Origin: Bacteroidota bacterium
GTDB taxonomy: Bacteria > Bacteroidota > Bacteroidia > NS11-12g > UBA955
DNA: 58,342 nt
Direction of reading: 5' to 3'
Assembly: GCA_016868535.1 (NCBI GenBank)
Contig: VGGQ01000003.1
Location: 1-58,342, forward strand
The translations under genes and the position numbers were made by a program. Below, one piece after another: positions 38,838-48,589 of the stretch. The notes below the pieces were generated by a model. That model saw only the letters and a program-made list of their open reading frames with translations, was not told where the DNA came from and ran no database searches. Within the stretch, counting starts at the first letter, position 1; each line of letters starts with the position of its first letter.

Positions 38838-40375
38838 TTAACAGCTCGACCTGGGTGTAAGAGGCAATATGGGTACTGGTGCAGGCATATAACCACCAAA
38901 CTTGAACTCAATCCTATTCTTATCTTCCGATTTGCATGCAGCGTCAATTACAATGCGGTCGCGCGATATGCCAAACTGACTGACCAAAGCCTGAATAATG
39001 GCTTCCGTAGGGCAAGAACCGATTACATCGCTTTTCTTACCTGCATACATTTTTTTCTTTTCGCCGGTAGAACCACAAATTACCAGTTTCTTTCGGGACA
39101 CTGCTTCATTTTGTCTGCAATCATCATCATCACTACCTGAAATTCAGGTTTAATCTGGCATTTATTGGTTTCAAAATAAAGTGAAAGGAAAGTCATGTCT
39201 TCGCAATTGCCACAGTTGTTTACAATACTGCGTCCGCGTGCATCAACCATTGCACCGATAGGACTGTTGGGTTCGAGATCCATCACATTAGGGATGTTAT
39301 CACCATCTGCATCTATCATCCGACCTTCGGCATCCACCTCAACACCTTTTTCAGAGAAGGGTTCCTTGTCTTTATAGTCTGCAATATCATTGCCATATAC
39401 ATTAACACCCTGCTCTGTACTATCATCAACATCGAAGAAATCGCTTACACCATCACCATCAATATCGGAATAAAGTGTATCAACGCGTTGATCCAGAGGA
39501 TTAACTTTTTCATAAATGCTTTCAATGGGGCTTAACCAATCATAGTGCTGATTGCTTTTGCTACCGAATTTCCAAGCACCATAAACAGTAAGTATACTGT
39601 ACTGATCAAACCAGCGGTCTGCCCATATATTTTCGTTGAAGACATCAATATCATCGGGTCTGACGTATGTTTGACGGTAGTCGAGTCCAACACCGAAGTT
39701 TTTACCCAAATTGTGCTTAATCCCAAGGGCAAAAGGAACATTCCAGTGTCTTCCATCCCAGCTATCTTCAACATCCTTACCTACATTGGGGTTGTTCCGG
39801 CGCTGGTCAGTGGACTTGGCAACTGAGTGGTAAGGACCCCATCCACCACCTATGAAAAGGTCTAATTGGGTTTTGCGAAGAGGGCGCAGAAAGCTGATGT
39901 TTCCAAGGGTGAAAACCATTTGAATATTGTAATCCTGAAAATTGCTTCTAAATTGGAAGTAGTCTTTGTGTCCGGTTGGGGACTGATCATCTCTTGCTCC
40001 ACGCAAAACACCAACATTCCACTATGCGCTCAATCCAAGAGTTTGAGAGATGCTATATTTTGCAAATGCTGTTGCATTCCAGCCAGGTTGTATTTTGTCT
40101 GCATCGCCAAAAAACTGGGTAGCCCCGGATCCAAGACCCAAAGACCACTGCTTGGTGCGGCGATCTACAAAATAGGATGTTACTGCGTATTGGCCCGAAT
40201 CTTTTTTCTTTTCAGTTTTACCTGTAGGCCATTTTTCCAAGGCTGCTTCGTGATAGTTTGCACCAGGCTTTTGTTTGTAGTATGGTTGCGCTACAGCACT
40301 TGCTGCCAAACCTAAAATAAGACCTGCGGAAATTCCTGTTTTCAGATTAAATTGCTTAATTTTTAATTTAATAAT
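38838..40375 (-). pseudogene. OmpA-family outer-membrane protein (barrel, TSP3 calcium-binding repeats, OmpA_C-like domain), disrupted
   Basis: Signal peptide IIKLKIKQFNLKTGISAGLILGLAASAVAQ has no ATG/GTG/TTG upstream (ATT where ATG is expected). In-frame TAG at 40022-40024 joins ORFs 40022-40309 and 39080-40006 in one frame. A frameshift near 39085-39100 precedes the OmpA_C part (KKLVICGSTG...DKNRIEFKF). TSP3 repeats: DIDGDGVSDFFD, DADGDNIPN. Confidence 0.7.
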
Positions 40376-40458
40376 GCTTGGATATTAATAACTTTATTTC
40401 AATTTACCAATAAAAAAAGAAAATTTAAAAAACATTTGAAAGCACAACAACTGAAATA

Positions 40459-42052
40459 TTAGACACAGATTGTTCCGAATACATGCTCTCCCGCCTGTAT
40501 TTCGATTAACGAATCAATAGGATTATGACCCGTGCTTAACAACAATTCTGCCCAAGAAACTGACCTCTCCTGCGGTTTATTCTTATTAAAAAAAGATGTT
40601 GTGATTTTTTGCAATCTATTAAACAGGCTCATAAACTGGCTGCATCCTTGGATCTTGCAATACTGATTTCTCTGCTTTTTGCAGCTCTTTTATCCAAACT
40701 TCGCTTTTTGATCTCAATTCTTTAATTTTTTGATACTTAAGGTCAAAAAAATTTTGAAAAACCACATCGGTTTGATTTTTCAGTTCATCTATTTCCCGGG
40801 ATATCTTGTTTTCCCCGATTAGCTCTTTAGCCAAAAAGCCTGAAGAAACACCAAGACCCTGCCATACTGTATTTTCAGAAAGTTTATACTTGTTCAGAAA
40901 TTGCTTTGTATTACTGTCTAAAACCAGAAAAGAATCGCGCAAAAAAAGCATTGGTGCCACCACTGATTTACGCTTGAAAAGCAGAAATAGCTGATGCCAA
41001 TAGTGTATTTCTGCGGGTCCGCACACATACGCTAAATTGGGTAAAATAAGTTGTTGATACAACGGCCGTAGCAGTACGTTGGGACTAAATAAATAAGGTT
41101 TTTCAGTAGCTAACTGCATCATATGATTCCTAGAAATCAACTCACCCGAAGGATGAAGAATAAAGTTGTCTCCTTCCTTGTCAATTCTTAGCCTTTCTCC
41201 ATTCTTAAATATAAAAAAATGGGTTTTCCTGGGATTAACCTGATTGCCATAACCTATCGCCTTCAGGGATGCTGAAGCTGCTTGTAAACTATCATATACA
41301 GTATCCGAGAATAAATCTTCATGAATCAGGGATTGTAATTCTTTTTTTAATGTATCGTTGTCCGCATCGATTACAATTACACCGTATTTCCCAAACAAAG
41401 CGTTTATAATAAAGCGGGTTGCCATTGACAGCGTTGAAAAACAGGTGTAAGCTTCTTTAAAAAGCTTAAAAATATCCTTTATTTCAGCAGAGATGTTTTC
41501 TTTTTCACCCAAATCTATCAAAATATCACAAATAGCATCTAAACCCTCAGGAGACAATCTGCCTGTGGGAACTCGCTGTTTAGTTTCCCAGGTATATGTT
41601 TTACCAAAAACAATTAAACTGTTAATTTCAGCCACATCATGATCTTCCGTGGCCATCCAAAAAACAGGAACATAATTGTTTTCAGGGAATTGGGCCTGCA
41701 AACGTTTTGCCTGACGAATTACTGAGGCAATCTTATAAATATAAAAAGCAGGTCCCAGAGAGATATGAATCTGCTGACCAGTGGTTACTGTGAAAGTGTT
41801 GTCCTGCTTTATTTTTTCGATATTTGTCTTTACAATATTGTTTAGCTCCATGCCTTCGTAATGACTGGTCAGAATATTGTAAAGCCATTCTCTTTTTGAG
41901 GTATCAAAGAAGGTATATTGCTCCTGAATACTTGAACGGTCCTGTTCGGAGATGGGATATATTTCCTTCAGGTTTTTATCATTCTTCAACCATGCTGATG
42001 ACAGTTTGCCATAATATCCCTGAGGTACATTGCAATGGATGTTTACATTCAT
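40459..42052 (-). pseudogene. bshC: Bacillithiol biosynthesis cysteine-adding enzyme BshC, with a 3'-proximal frameshift
   Basis: LLRPLYQQLILPNLAYVCGPAEIHYWHQL. The conserved C-terminus (SQFMSLFNRLQKITTSFFNKNKPQERSVSWAELLLSTGHNPIDSLI) is in the +1 frame. Span is 1594 nt = 531 codons + 1 nt. Confidence 0.7.
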
Positions 42053-42705
42053 CGCTGCTCAATTTCACCCTTCAGATCATAAGGGCCATAACCGGTTATT
42101 TTCATATTGGCAATATCGCCCATTCGCACACAATAGTTTTTTGCATCTAACCATACTTCGTTGTCAACTTCCGGTGAATCGGATTCTGTGCGGCCCACAA
42201 AATGCTCACCTTCAAGTATATCGAATAAAACTTTGTAGAGTTTCCCCAGTTTTTCTGCATTTTTTTCTTCACCAATACCCATCTGAAGTTCCATAAGGGA
42301 TGTGGCACGCTGCTCCTTGACTCCAGCCGGTATATCATCAGCCAGGCTGTAAGTGTACCTATTTCCCTTTTGTGAATAAGTAAAGACACCCATACGGTCA
42401 AAGTGCAGGGTTTTTACAAAATCAAATAATGCTTCAAATACTGCATCCGTTTCTTCGGGATGTCCCAGTAAAATTGAGGTTCGCAGCGCAATACCCGGAA
42501 TATCTGACCTTAGTTTTTCAAGCAAATCCTCGGTGCGCCTGCGCGGAATGCCCCGACGCACAATCTTCAGTAAATTGTCGGTTGTATGCTGAAGGGGGAT
42601 ATCCTGATACTTGCATATATTGGGCCTTTCGGCCATAATGGGCATCACATCCATCGATAACTGCGAGGGAAATACATAGTGCAGCCGTATCCATACCAAT
42701 CCCTG
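42049..42705 (-). pseudogene. rimO: rimO 3' fragment (end of radical-SAM domain plus TRAM domain)
   Basis: WIRLHYVFP...ICKYQDIPLQHTTDNLLKIVRRG...LRTSILLGHPEETDAVF...DRMGVFTYS...GRTESDSPEVDNEVW...YDLKGE. Conserved residues are degraded (GxPGET>GHPEET). Confidence 0.75.
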
Positions 42706-42928
42706 TCCTATCAAAAATAAAGGAATACATAAAAATAAGTAGTTCATTAGACATTTTTTCATTTTGTCTCACAGGCTCCTACTTTACCTGTAATCAATTT
42801 CATTGGTTTATTTGTAAAAAGAATATATCTTTCGGGTTCAACGGTTTCAATTTCAGCACAACATTTTCTATTGATTTTGAGTATTATCATGGTTTAGGAT
42901 GCTTGCAAACAAGGATAATAAAAAGTTT

Positions 42929-43840
42929 TTATTGTTTAGTTTTAATCATCTTTTTTACAGTTTTATCTTCGTACAAAAATAAGTACAATTCGTTTTCCTT
43001 AATTTTATTGGCAGGACGACCCATCATATCATATATTCCAACTAGTTTAGGTTCCTGTTTATTGAATGTTTTAACACCGCTTGTAACACATTTAATATTA
43101 ACACGATTCAAAAAAACAGTATCCTGACTTACACATTTATTATACCACTGTGTGGCGATTAAATAATGACCATTTTTAGGAAACTTGTAGTTAATCAAAC
43201 GAGTGGAGTTGTCAGGATAATTCAACCAAACTAAATCTGAATCATTAAAATCAAAGAATATGTTTTCTTTGTTACCTTTAAATACAACATAATAGTTCCA
43301 TAATTGGTAATCACTCATATTATTCCAAGCATCATCACTAATAGCATCTAACATGGGACCATTCCACATATACAAGTAGTATTCCCAACAAGTATCACCC
43401 ACATTCTGAGGCCCCACAGACATTTCCCCAACAATCGAATCTAAACAACCATCTCTCTTAGTACTTCTTTGACGATAAGTAAATGTACAATTTGGGAAAT
43501 AGATAATATCTACTTCACGATAAAGTGTAGTATCACATCCTAAACATTTATTCCAAACTTTCAGGGACATACTATATTTACCTTGATTGCTGAAGTAATA
43601 TTGCATTTCAATTGGTTTTACTCCACGTATGCTTAAAACTGTATCGAGTTCTTTTGTTTGATAATCATACAAAGTAAACATGTAATCAATACAAGTATCG
43701 TCAAATACTTTTCCACCTAGATACCACTTGTAGTAGTTACGTTCATTCCATTGTTGAAGTTTTAATGTACTCCAATCACATCTTGCATTTGCAGTTGCCA
43801 AGGAGACCAAAAGCATTAACAGCATTGCGATTTGTTTCAT
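42929..43840 (-). CDS. Secreted two-domain Cys/Trp/Tyr-rich protein with short T9SS type A-like tail, on an AT-rich insert
   Basis: Signal peptide MKQIAMLLMLLVSLATANA. Internal duplication ending KVWNKCLGCDTTLYREVDI / QWYNKCVSQDTVFLNRVNI. C-terminus: KLVGIYDMMGRPANKIKENELYLFLYEDKTVKKMIK. Confidence 0.6.
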   Translation of the reverse strand: MKQIAMLLMLLVSLATANARCDWSTLKLQQWNERNYYKWYLGGKVFDDTCIDYMFTLYDYQTKELDTVLSIRGVKPIEMQYYFSNQGKYSMSLKVWNKCLGCDTTLYREVDIIYFPNCTFTYRQRSTKRDGCLDSIVGEMSVGPQNVGDTCWEYYLYMWNGPMLDAISDDAWNNMSDYQLWNYYVVFKGNKENIFFDFNDSDLVWLNYPDNSTRLINYKFPKNGHYLIATQWYNKCVSQDTVFLNRVNIKCVTSGVKTFNKQEPKLVGIYDMMGRPANKIKENELYLFLYEDKTVKKMIKTKQ

Positions 43841-43868
43841 TTTAGTTTATCTAACGGACCTAACATCC

Positions 43869-44198
43869 TTAATAACATCGTTTTGGTATTTCTTTCTTTA
43901 ATTCGTCTTTATAGCGATGGGATAAGCATCCGGCAAAATAAGTTAGTTTCTCGAGATTTCCATCGGTCTTTTCCTGCTTAAAATGATAAATGGTATCGAT
44001 ACTCTCCTGTTTAGCATTCTCAACGAAGCCACAGGTGTTGATTATCAAAATATCAGCATCGTTTTTATCCGACTCATGGCCGACATCAAATTTGCCTGCC
44101 TTGAGCTGACCTATCATAACCTCATAATCTGCCAGATTTTTACTACATCCCAGGGTTATAACATTTACCCGTGGTTGTTTATGGCTGCGTGTCTTCAT
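43869..44198 (-). pseudogene. rimO: rimO 5' fragment (UPF0004/MTTase N-terminal domain)
   Basis: VNVITLGCSKNLADYEVMIGQL...ILIINTCGFVENAKQESI...AGCLSHRYKDELKKEIP, then stop. The CxxxCxxC radical-SAM core is absent. Confidence 0.75.
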
Positions 44199-45163
44199 GT
44201 TTGAAAAACGGATTGAACGAACACTTTTTTATCAAACAGTTTAAGATCTTCGGCCTTTTCGCCCAGGCCAATGTATTTCACAGGAATATTAAACTGCTCA
44301 CTCACACCTATAACCACACCACCACGGGCTGTTCCGTCGAGTTTGGTGACCGCTAGTGCGTTTACCTGGGTGGCGGCGGTAAAATGACGAGTCTGTTCAT
44401 ACGCATTCTGCCCAGTAGTGGCATCAATCACAAGCACTACTTCATGCGGCGCATCTTCCTTGAATTTTTGCACCACCCGTTTCATCTTGGCCAGTTCATT
44501 CATTAGGCTTACTTTATTATGCAGTCGGCCTGCTGTATCTATGATGACAACATCTGCATCATTTGCAACACCGTATTGAACCGCATCAAAAGCCACGGAT
44601 GACGGATCTGTATTCATGCCGTGGCTAATAATTTCAGCACCGGTTCTCTCTTTCCAGATACCCAGTTGGTCTATTGCGGCGGCTCTGAATGTATCGCCAG
44701 CAGCTAAAACCACCTTTTTGCCCTGTGTGGCATAATGCCAGGCCATCTTGCCAATGGTGGTGGTTTTCCCCACACCGTTCACACCTACAACAAGCACTAT
44801 ATATGGCTTGGGTGCTGATGACAAAGTAAAATCCTGCTGAACAGGTTGGTGTATATTTGGCATCAGAGAAGCAATAACTTCTGAAATACGTTCGTGGAGT
44901 TCCTGTTGATGGAGGTATTTTTCACTGGCAACCTTTTCATTTAAGGCATCAATAATCTTAACGGTAGTTTCAACCCCAACATCTGAAGTAATCAGAATTT
45001 CTTCCAGTTCATCCAAAAAAGCATCATCGACCCTCGATTTTCCTGCAAAAGCTCTTCCAATGCGGGTAAAAAGGTGCTCTCGCGTTTGCTGCAGAGCCTC
45101 TTTTGTTTCCTGCTTATCCTCCTCGGGATTTTTCTTTTTGCCAAAAATATTAAAAATAGACAT
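44195..45163 (-). CDS. ftsY: Signal recognition particle receptor FtsY
   Basis: [48 protein letters not shown]. Start placed at the ATG at 45163. Confidence 0.92.
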   Translation of the reverse strand: MSIFNIFGKKKNPEEDKQETKEALQQTREHLFTRIGRAFAGKSRVDDAFLDELEEILITSDVGVETTVKIIDALNEKVASEKYLHQQELHERISEVIASLMPNIHQPVQQDFTLSSAPKPYIVLVVGVNGVGKTTTIGKMAWHYATQGKKVVLAAGDTFRAAAIDQLGIWKERTGAEIISHGMNTDPSSVAFDAVQYGVANDADVVIIDTAGRLHNKVSLMNELAKMKRVVQKFKEDAPHEVVLVIDATTGQNAYEQTRHFTAATQVNALAVTKLDGTARGGVVIGVSEQFNIPVKYIGLGEKAEDLKLFDKKVFVQSVFQT

Positions 45164-45170
45164 TACAAAA

Positions 45171-45197
45171 TAAAAAGAGCCCCTTTTCCAGGGGCTC
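45171..45197 (-). terminator. Rho-independent terminator after the rpmB-rpmG-DUF4295 operon
   Basis: Minus strand GAGCCCC-tggaaaa-GGGGCTC followed by TTTTTA. Confidence 0.65.
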
Positions 45198-45219
45198 AAA
45201 TTTAGGGGAATAATTTCTT

Positions 45220-45378
45220 TTAAGGTTTGCTGAAAAAATCTTTAACAGCGTCCTGAGGTACAATTTCCTCACGGAATGTGTAGTGGCCACTTCTGGGTGA
45301 CTTTACTGCTTTGATTACTTTGACAAAATCGTTGCCTGCACCTATTTTTTTCAGGCTTGCTACTACTTTCTTTGCCAT
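45220..45378 (-). CDS. DUF4295-family small protein (52 aa), not in the ORF track
   Basis: Hand translation: [52 protein letters not shown]. The ATG overlaps the rpmG stop (TAATG). This is the conserved position after L33 in Bacteroidota. Confidence 0.7.
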   Translation of the reverse strand: MAKKVVASLKKIGAGNDFVKVIKAVKSPRSGHYTFREEIVPQDAVKDFFSKP

Positions 45379-45560
45379 TATTTTATCTCCTTATGAACGG
45401 TAACTTTTCTGAGGTAAGGATTGTATTTCTTCAACTCAATACGCTCAGCTGTATTTTTCTTATTTTTGGTAGTGATATAGCGGCTCATACCTGTTAAACC
45501 TGAACCTTTTTGCTCTGTGCATTCTAGAATCACCTGAATACGGTTTTCTTTTTTGGCCAT
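45378..45560 (-). CDS. rpmG: 50S ribosomal protein L33
   Basis: [60 protein letters not shown]. Confidence 0.92.
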   Translation of the reverse strand: MAKKENRIQVILECTEQKGSGLTGMSRYITTKNKKNTAERIELKKYNPYLRKVTVHKEIK

Positions 45561-45563
45561 GGC

Positions 45564-45797
45564 TTATATCTTTCCTTTCTTAAATAGGTTATTGATACAG
45601 GCAGAGATACCTTTTTTATCGATGGTCTTCATGGTGCTTGCCGCAACTTTCAGTGTAATCCACTCGCCGGTTTCGGGAATGAAAAACTTCTTTGTTTGCA
45701 GGTTGGGATAAAAACGACGCTTAGTTTTCTTATTAGAATGCGAAACATTGTTACCCTTGAGAGCCTTTTTACCGGATAAATCACAAACGCGAGACAT
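45564..45797 (-). CDS. rpmB: 50S ribosomal protein L28
   Basis: MSRVCDLSGKKALKGNNVSHSNKKTKRRFYPNLQ. Start trimmed to this ATG. Confidence 0.9.
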   Translation of the reverse strand: MSRVCDLSGKKALKGNNVSHSNKKTKRRFYPNLQTKKFFIPETGEWITLKVAASTMKTIDKKGISACINNLFKKGKI

Positions 45798-45836
45798 GGT
45801 TTTTTGGGGCTGCAAAGATAGCAATGTATATTGATT

Positions 45837-47066
45837 CTAAAAAATATTGTTCCTTTTTTCTGCAAAAAGCACAAAAAACAGAGCAAACACAAAAACTGCC
45901 ACCCCGGATTGCCGCTCAAGGTAACTCTCGAAAAACATGGAAACAGTAAGTGCGATGAATACAGCCAGTGCGGTATAATTAGCTTTTCGGCGAAATTGGA
46001 TAAACAAAATTACCAACCACAGCAAAAACAAAACAACAGTTAACAATCCCGTTTGAAGTGCCAGTTCAAGAAACTGATTATGGGGTTTTATTCTGTCTGT
46101 TACCGGCAGGTATGTATTCTTTTTCTCAAACCCGCTCTGCATGGCTGTTTCAACGCCTGAAAATCCAAAACCGGTTAATGGCTCTTGTGAAATTACATCA
46201 GCCGCTACTTTCCAGGCTTCCCAGCGGCGGCCAAGACTTTTGTCGTTGAGGTTACTATCTTGCTTAATGGCAGTTATATCCTCTATGGTATTGATTATTC
46301 TGTTTCGCAGAGAAGGCACCGTAAATAATAAAAGTATTGGAATTAATAGGATCAACCATTTACTGCGACCTTTAAGCCATGATTGAAATTCAATAATACC
46401 TGCTAAGAAGGGCACACCCAGCCAAAATGCCATCATACCTGTACGGGCAGATAATACATGAAGCGAAACCACATTAACGAGCAAACTTACAACCATTAGC
46501 CGGCGCGACCAGATACCATCTGCGAAGTGCAGAAAAGATAACTGCAGCAAAGAAACTACGGCCAGAATGAGGCTAAATTCTATGTGATATACCGAAGAAA
46601 ACAGGGGCAATGGCTTACTCTCCAGCACCATTTGATTCAGAAAATGATAATGAGCCATATAATGAAGAACAGAAGCACCAACAATCCATGTGTGAATAAG
46701 ACCTGTAATCAATATGATTGCAAATAGAAATTTGCGGGAAATCTGTGGTTGTACGCACCAAATCAGCGGAAGAAGCAACAATGGCAGCCTGAGCAATAGC
46801 TTGCGGTTTGTTTCACTATCATAATCAAAACTAAATTGAATAATTGCCTGGCTTAGACACCAAAACAATGACAATAAAATCAGAAGTCTGTTTTGTTGAT
46901 AGCTTTCTTTACTCAGCAATGCAATCAGCGAGGTAAAGAAAATCATAAAGGACAACGATGTTAGAGCCGGTGAAAAATGGATACTACAAAGCGATAAAGC
47001 CGCAGTAAATACCGCGGCTTTGATGCTGAATTCGCTTGAAATGGTTTTAATCAAAGATTTATGCAA
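45837..47066 (-). CDS. O-antigen ligase (Wzy_C)-like polytopic membrane protein
   Basis: About 10 hydrophobic segments. Periplasmic loop with GFGFSG...IKPHNQFLELALQTGL. TTG start 2 nt after the upstream stop. Confidence 0.65.
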   Translation of the reverse strand: MHKSLIKTISSEFSIKAAVFTAALSLCSIHFSPALTSLSFMIFFTSLIALLSKESYQQNRLLILLSLFWCLSQAIIQFSFDYDSETNRKLLLRLPLLLLPLIWCVQPQISRKFLFAIILITGLIHTWIVGASVLHYMAHYHFLNQMVLESKPLPLFSSVYHIEFSLILAVVSLLQLSFLHFADGIWSRRLMVVSLLVNVVSLHVLSARTGMMAFWLGVPFLAGIIEFQSWLKGRSKWLILLIPILLLFTVPSLRNRIINTIEDITAIKQDSNLNDKSLGRRWEAWKVAADVISQEPLTGFGFSGVETAMQSGFEKKNTYLPVTDRIKPHNQFLELALQTGLLTVVLFLLWLVILFIQFRRKANYTALAVFIALTVSMFFESYLERQSGVAVFVFALFFVLFAEKRNNIF

Positions 47067-47068
47067 AA

Positions 47069-47932
47069 TTAAGGTACAGCATATTTGATTTTAACGGAAG
47101 CCAGACTGCCATTCAGTCCTATTTTATCAGCTACTGCTGGTGTCATAATAAGACCTGAACCTTCGTATTGCCGGGGAGTATAGTTATCCACCACTTTGCA
47201 ATACGCCATTCTGCCCGATTCCGGATTAAGCACCACAATAATATTTCCTTTGGGCAATGTAGGGTGCATCACATGGGTTCGGGTATCTTCCATTTTGCTT
47301 TTAACTACCCTCGCCATTGCCGTTTCTTCTTTTTCCGTCACAAAATCATTCATGACAGAAACTGTTTTCTCAGGCATTCCTGGATTTACGTCTGTAGCAA
47401 CCCTCGGCCCCGGTGGTGTTGGTTTCTTTACCAAGGTATCCTTAGATTTTGCATTATTTTTGCCAGATGCGGATTTGGCAGGATCTGAAGCTGTTATCTT
47501 GTCTCCATTGGTTTCGACAGGCTTTGGCGGTGTCGGCACTTTTATTTTTTGCCCCAATTTCAACTGATCTCCCGACATACCATTAATCTTTTTCAAGGTT
47601 TCGACAGTTGTACCATACCTTCCGGCAATCCTTCCAAGATTCTCACCTTTGGAAACAACATGCTCCTGGTATTCCGTTTTGTATAAATCTTCCCTTGCGA
47701 TTGATTTAACAGGAATACGGATAGTTTCACCTACCTTGATTATCGTTTTATTATCGTTGGCTTTCTGTAGCTCCTCTACACTGCAGTTGAATTTCTTTGA
47801 AATTTTATAATAATTATCGCCTTTTGTTACCTTGTATAAGCGATAGCCGGCATCCTGCTGCGCCGCTAAATCACCTGCACTCAAGCAGTAAAATGCAAGC
47901 AGCATCAAGAAACTGATTACTTTTTTTGTCAT
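47069..47932 (-). CDS. Exported protein with two LysM domains and a C-terminal RlpA/DPBB-like domain
   Basis: YKVTKGDNYYKISKKFNCSVEELQKAN and HVVSKGENLGRIAGRYGTTVETLKKIN. Signal peptide present. Confidence 0.8.
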   Translation of the reverse strand: MTKKVISFLMLLAFYCLSAGDLAAQQDAGYRLYKVTKGDNYYKISKKFNCSVEELQKANDNKTIIKVGETIRIPVKSIAREDLYKTEYQEHVVSKGENLGRIAGRYGTTVETLKKINGMSGDQLKLGQKIKVPTPPKPVETNGDKITASDPAKSASGKNNAKSKDTLVKKPTPPGPRVATDVNPGMPEKTVSVMNDFVTEKEETAMARVVKSKMEDTRTHVMHPTLPKGNIIVVLNPESGRMAYCKVVDNYTPRQYEGSGLIMTPAVADKIGLNGSLASVKIKYAVP

Positions 47933-48070
47933 GCCCACAAAACTAAATGGCCTTGAGGGTATGCTGGTTAAATTACACTCCGCAGGTATCCACTATTACC
48001 AAAAACGTCTAGTTAATCAAACACCATACTACCAAGCCATTTCTCAAAGAAAAGCCTGTTAATTCGGCAG

Positions 48071-48527
48071 TTATTTGGCATTGACTCTTTGCATAAGAAT
48101 AATACAATGATTGGCAACCATTATCTTTGATGCAAATAGCTTTTCCGCAATTTGTTTATTGGTTTATTTCAGCGCTATCAATTGCAGTATCTCAAGTTCT
48201 AGGATAGTAAAGATCGTTTTGCACTTCCTGGCTGATGAAGTATTCTCCACAATAACTTCTTTATCAGCCTGCGTCAAAACGGTCATAAACAATTGTTCAA
48301 TTTTTTCTTTAATCAAAGCCGCATTTGGCATTACATCAAAAACGCCATATCCATTTTATGATTGCCAAACATGGATGATATTACACCGGCCAGCTGAGAC
48401 GCAACTTCTTTGCCCGAAAGTGCAGTTATAAAAACAGGACGATTGTCCGAGTCCAACACCACCATGAATGGATTGTCGTTTTTCAAGCATACATATCCTC
48501 AGTTTGAAGCGATTTTGGGATGCTCAT
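48071..48527 (-). pseudogene. Decayed small LuxR-type HTH regulator
   Basis: Minus-strand reading: MSIPKSLQTEDMY / LKNDNPFMVVLDSDNRPVFITALSGKEV...MAFLM* / ...ILELEILQLIALK*TNKQIAEKLFASKIMVANH...VNAK*. Two frameshifts plus an in-frame TAA inside the LuxR HTH signature. Confidence 0.55.
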
Positions 48528-48589
48528 AACAATTATTTAAATACTATATTAGTCGTTATTGTCTAAATAGCAAATTTTTATTCGGATAT

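Noticed and set aside
40022-40024. In-frame TAG (OmpA-like) and TAA (LuxR-like, MBL, tcdA relic) as possible stop-codon reassignment or programmed read-through
   Set aside because: TAA and TAG terminate intact, full-length genes in this same window (for example TAA for uvrA and mutS, TAG for the S8 peptidase and the GT-C protein). The affected genes carry additional frameshifts, so ordinary nonsense mutation is the simpler reading.
42763-43868. The rimO insert as an insertion sequence or other mobile element
   Set aside because: It has no transposase, integrase or recombinase ORF. I could see no terminal inverted repeats or target-site duplication at the junctions. It is reported as a replacement of unknown mechanism instead.
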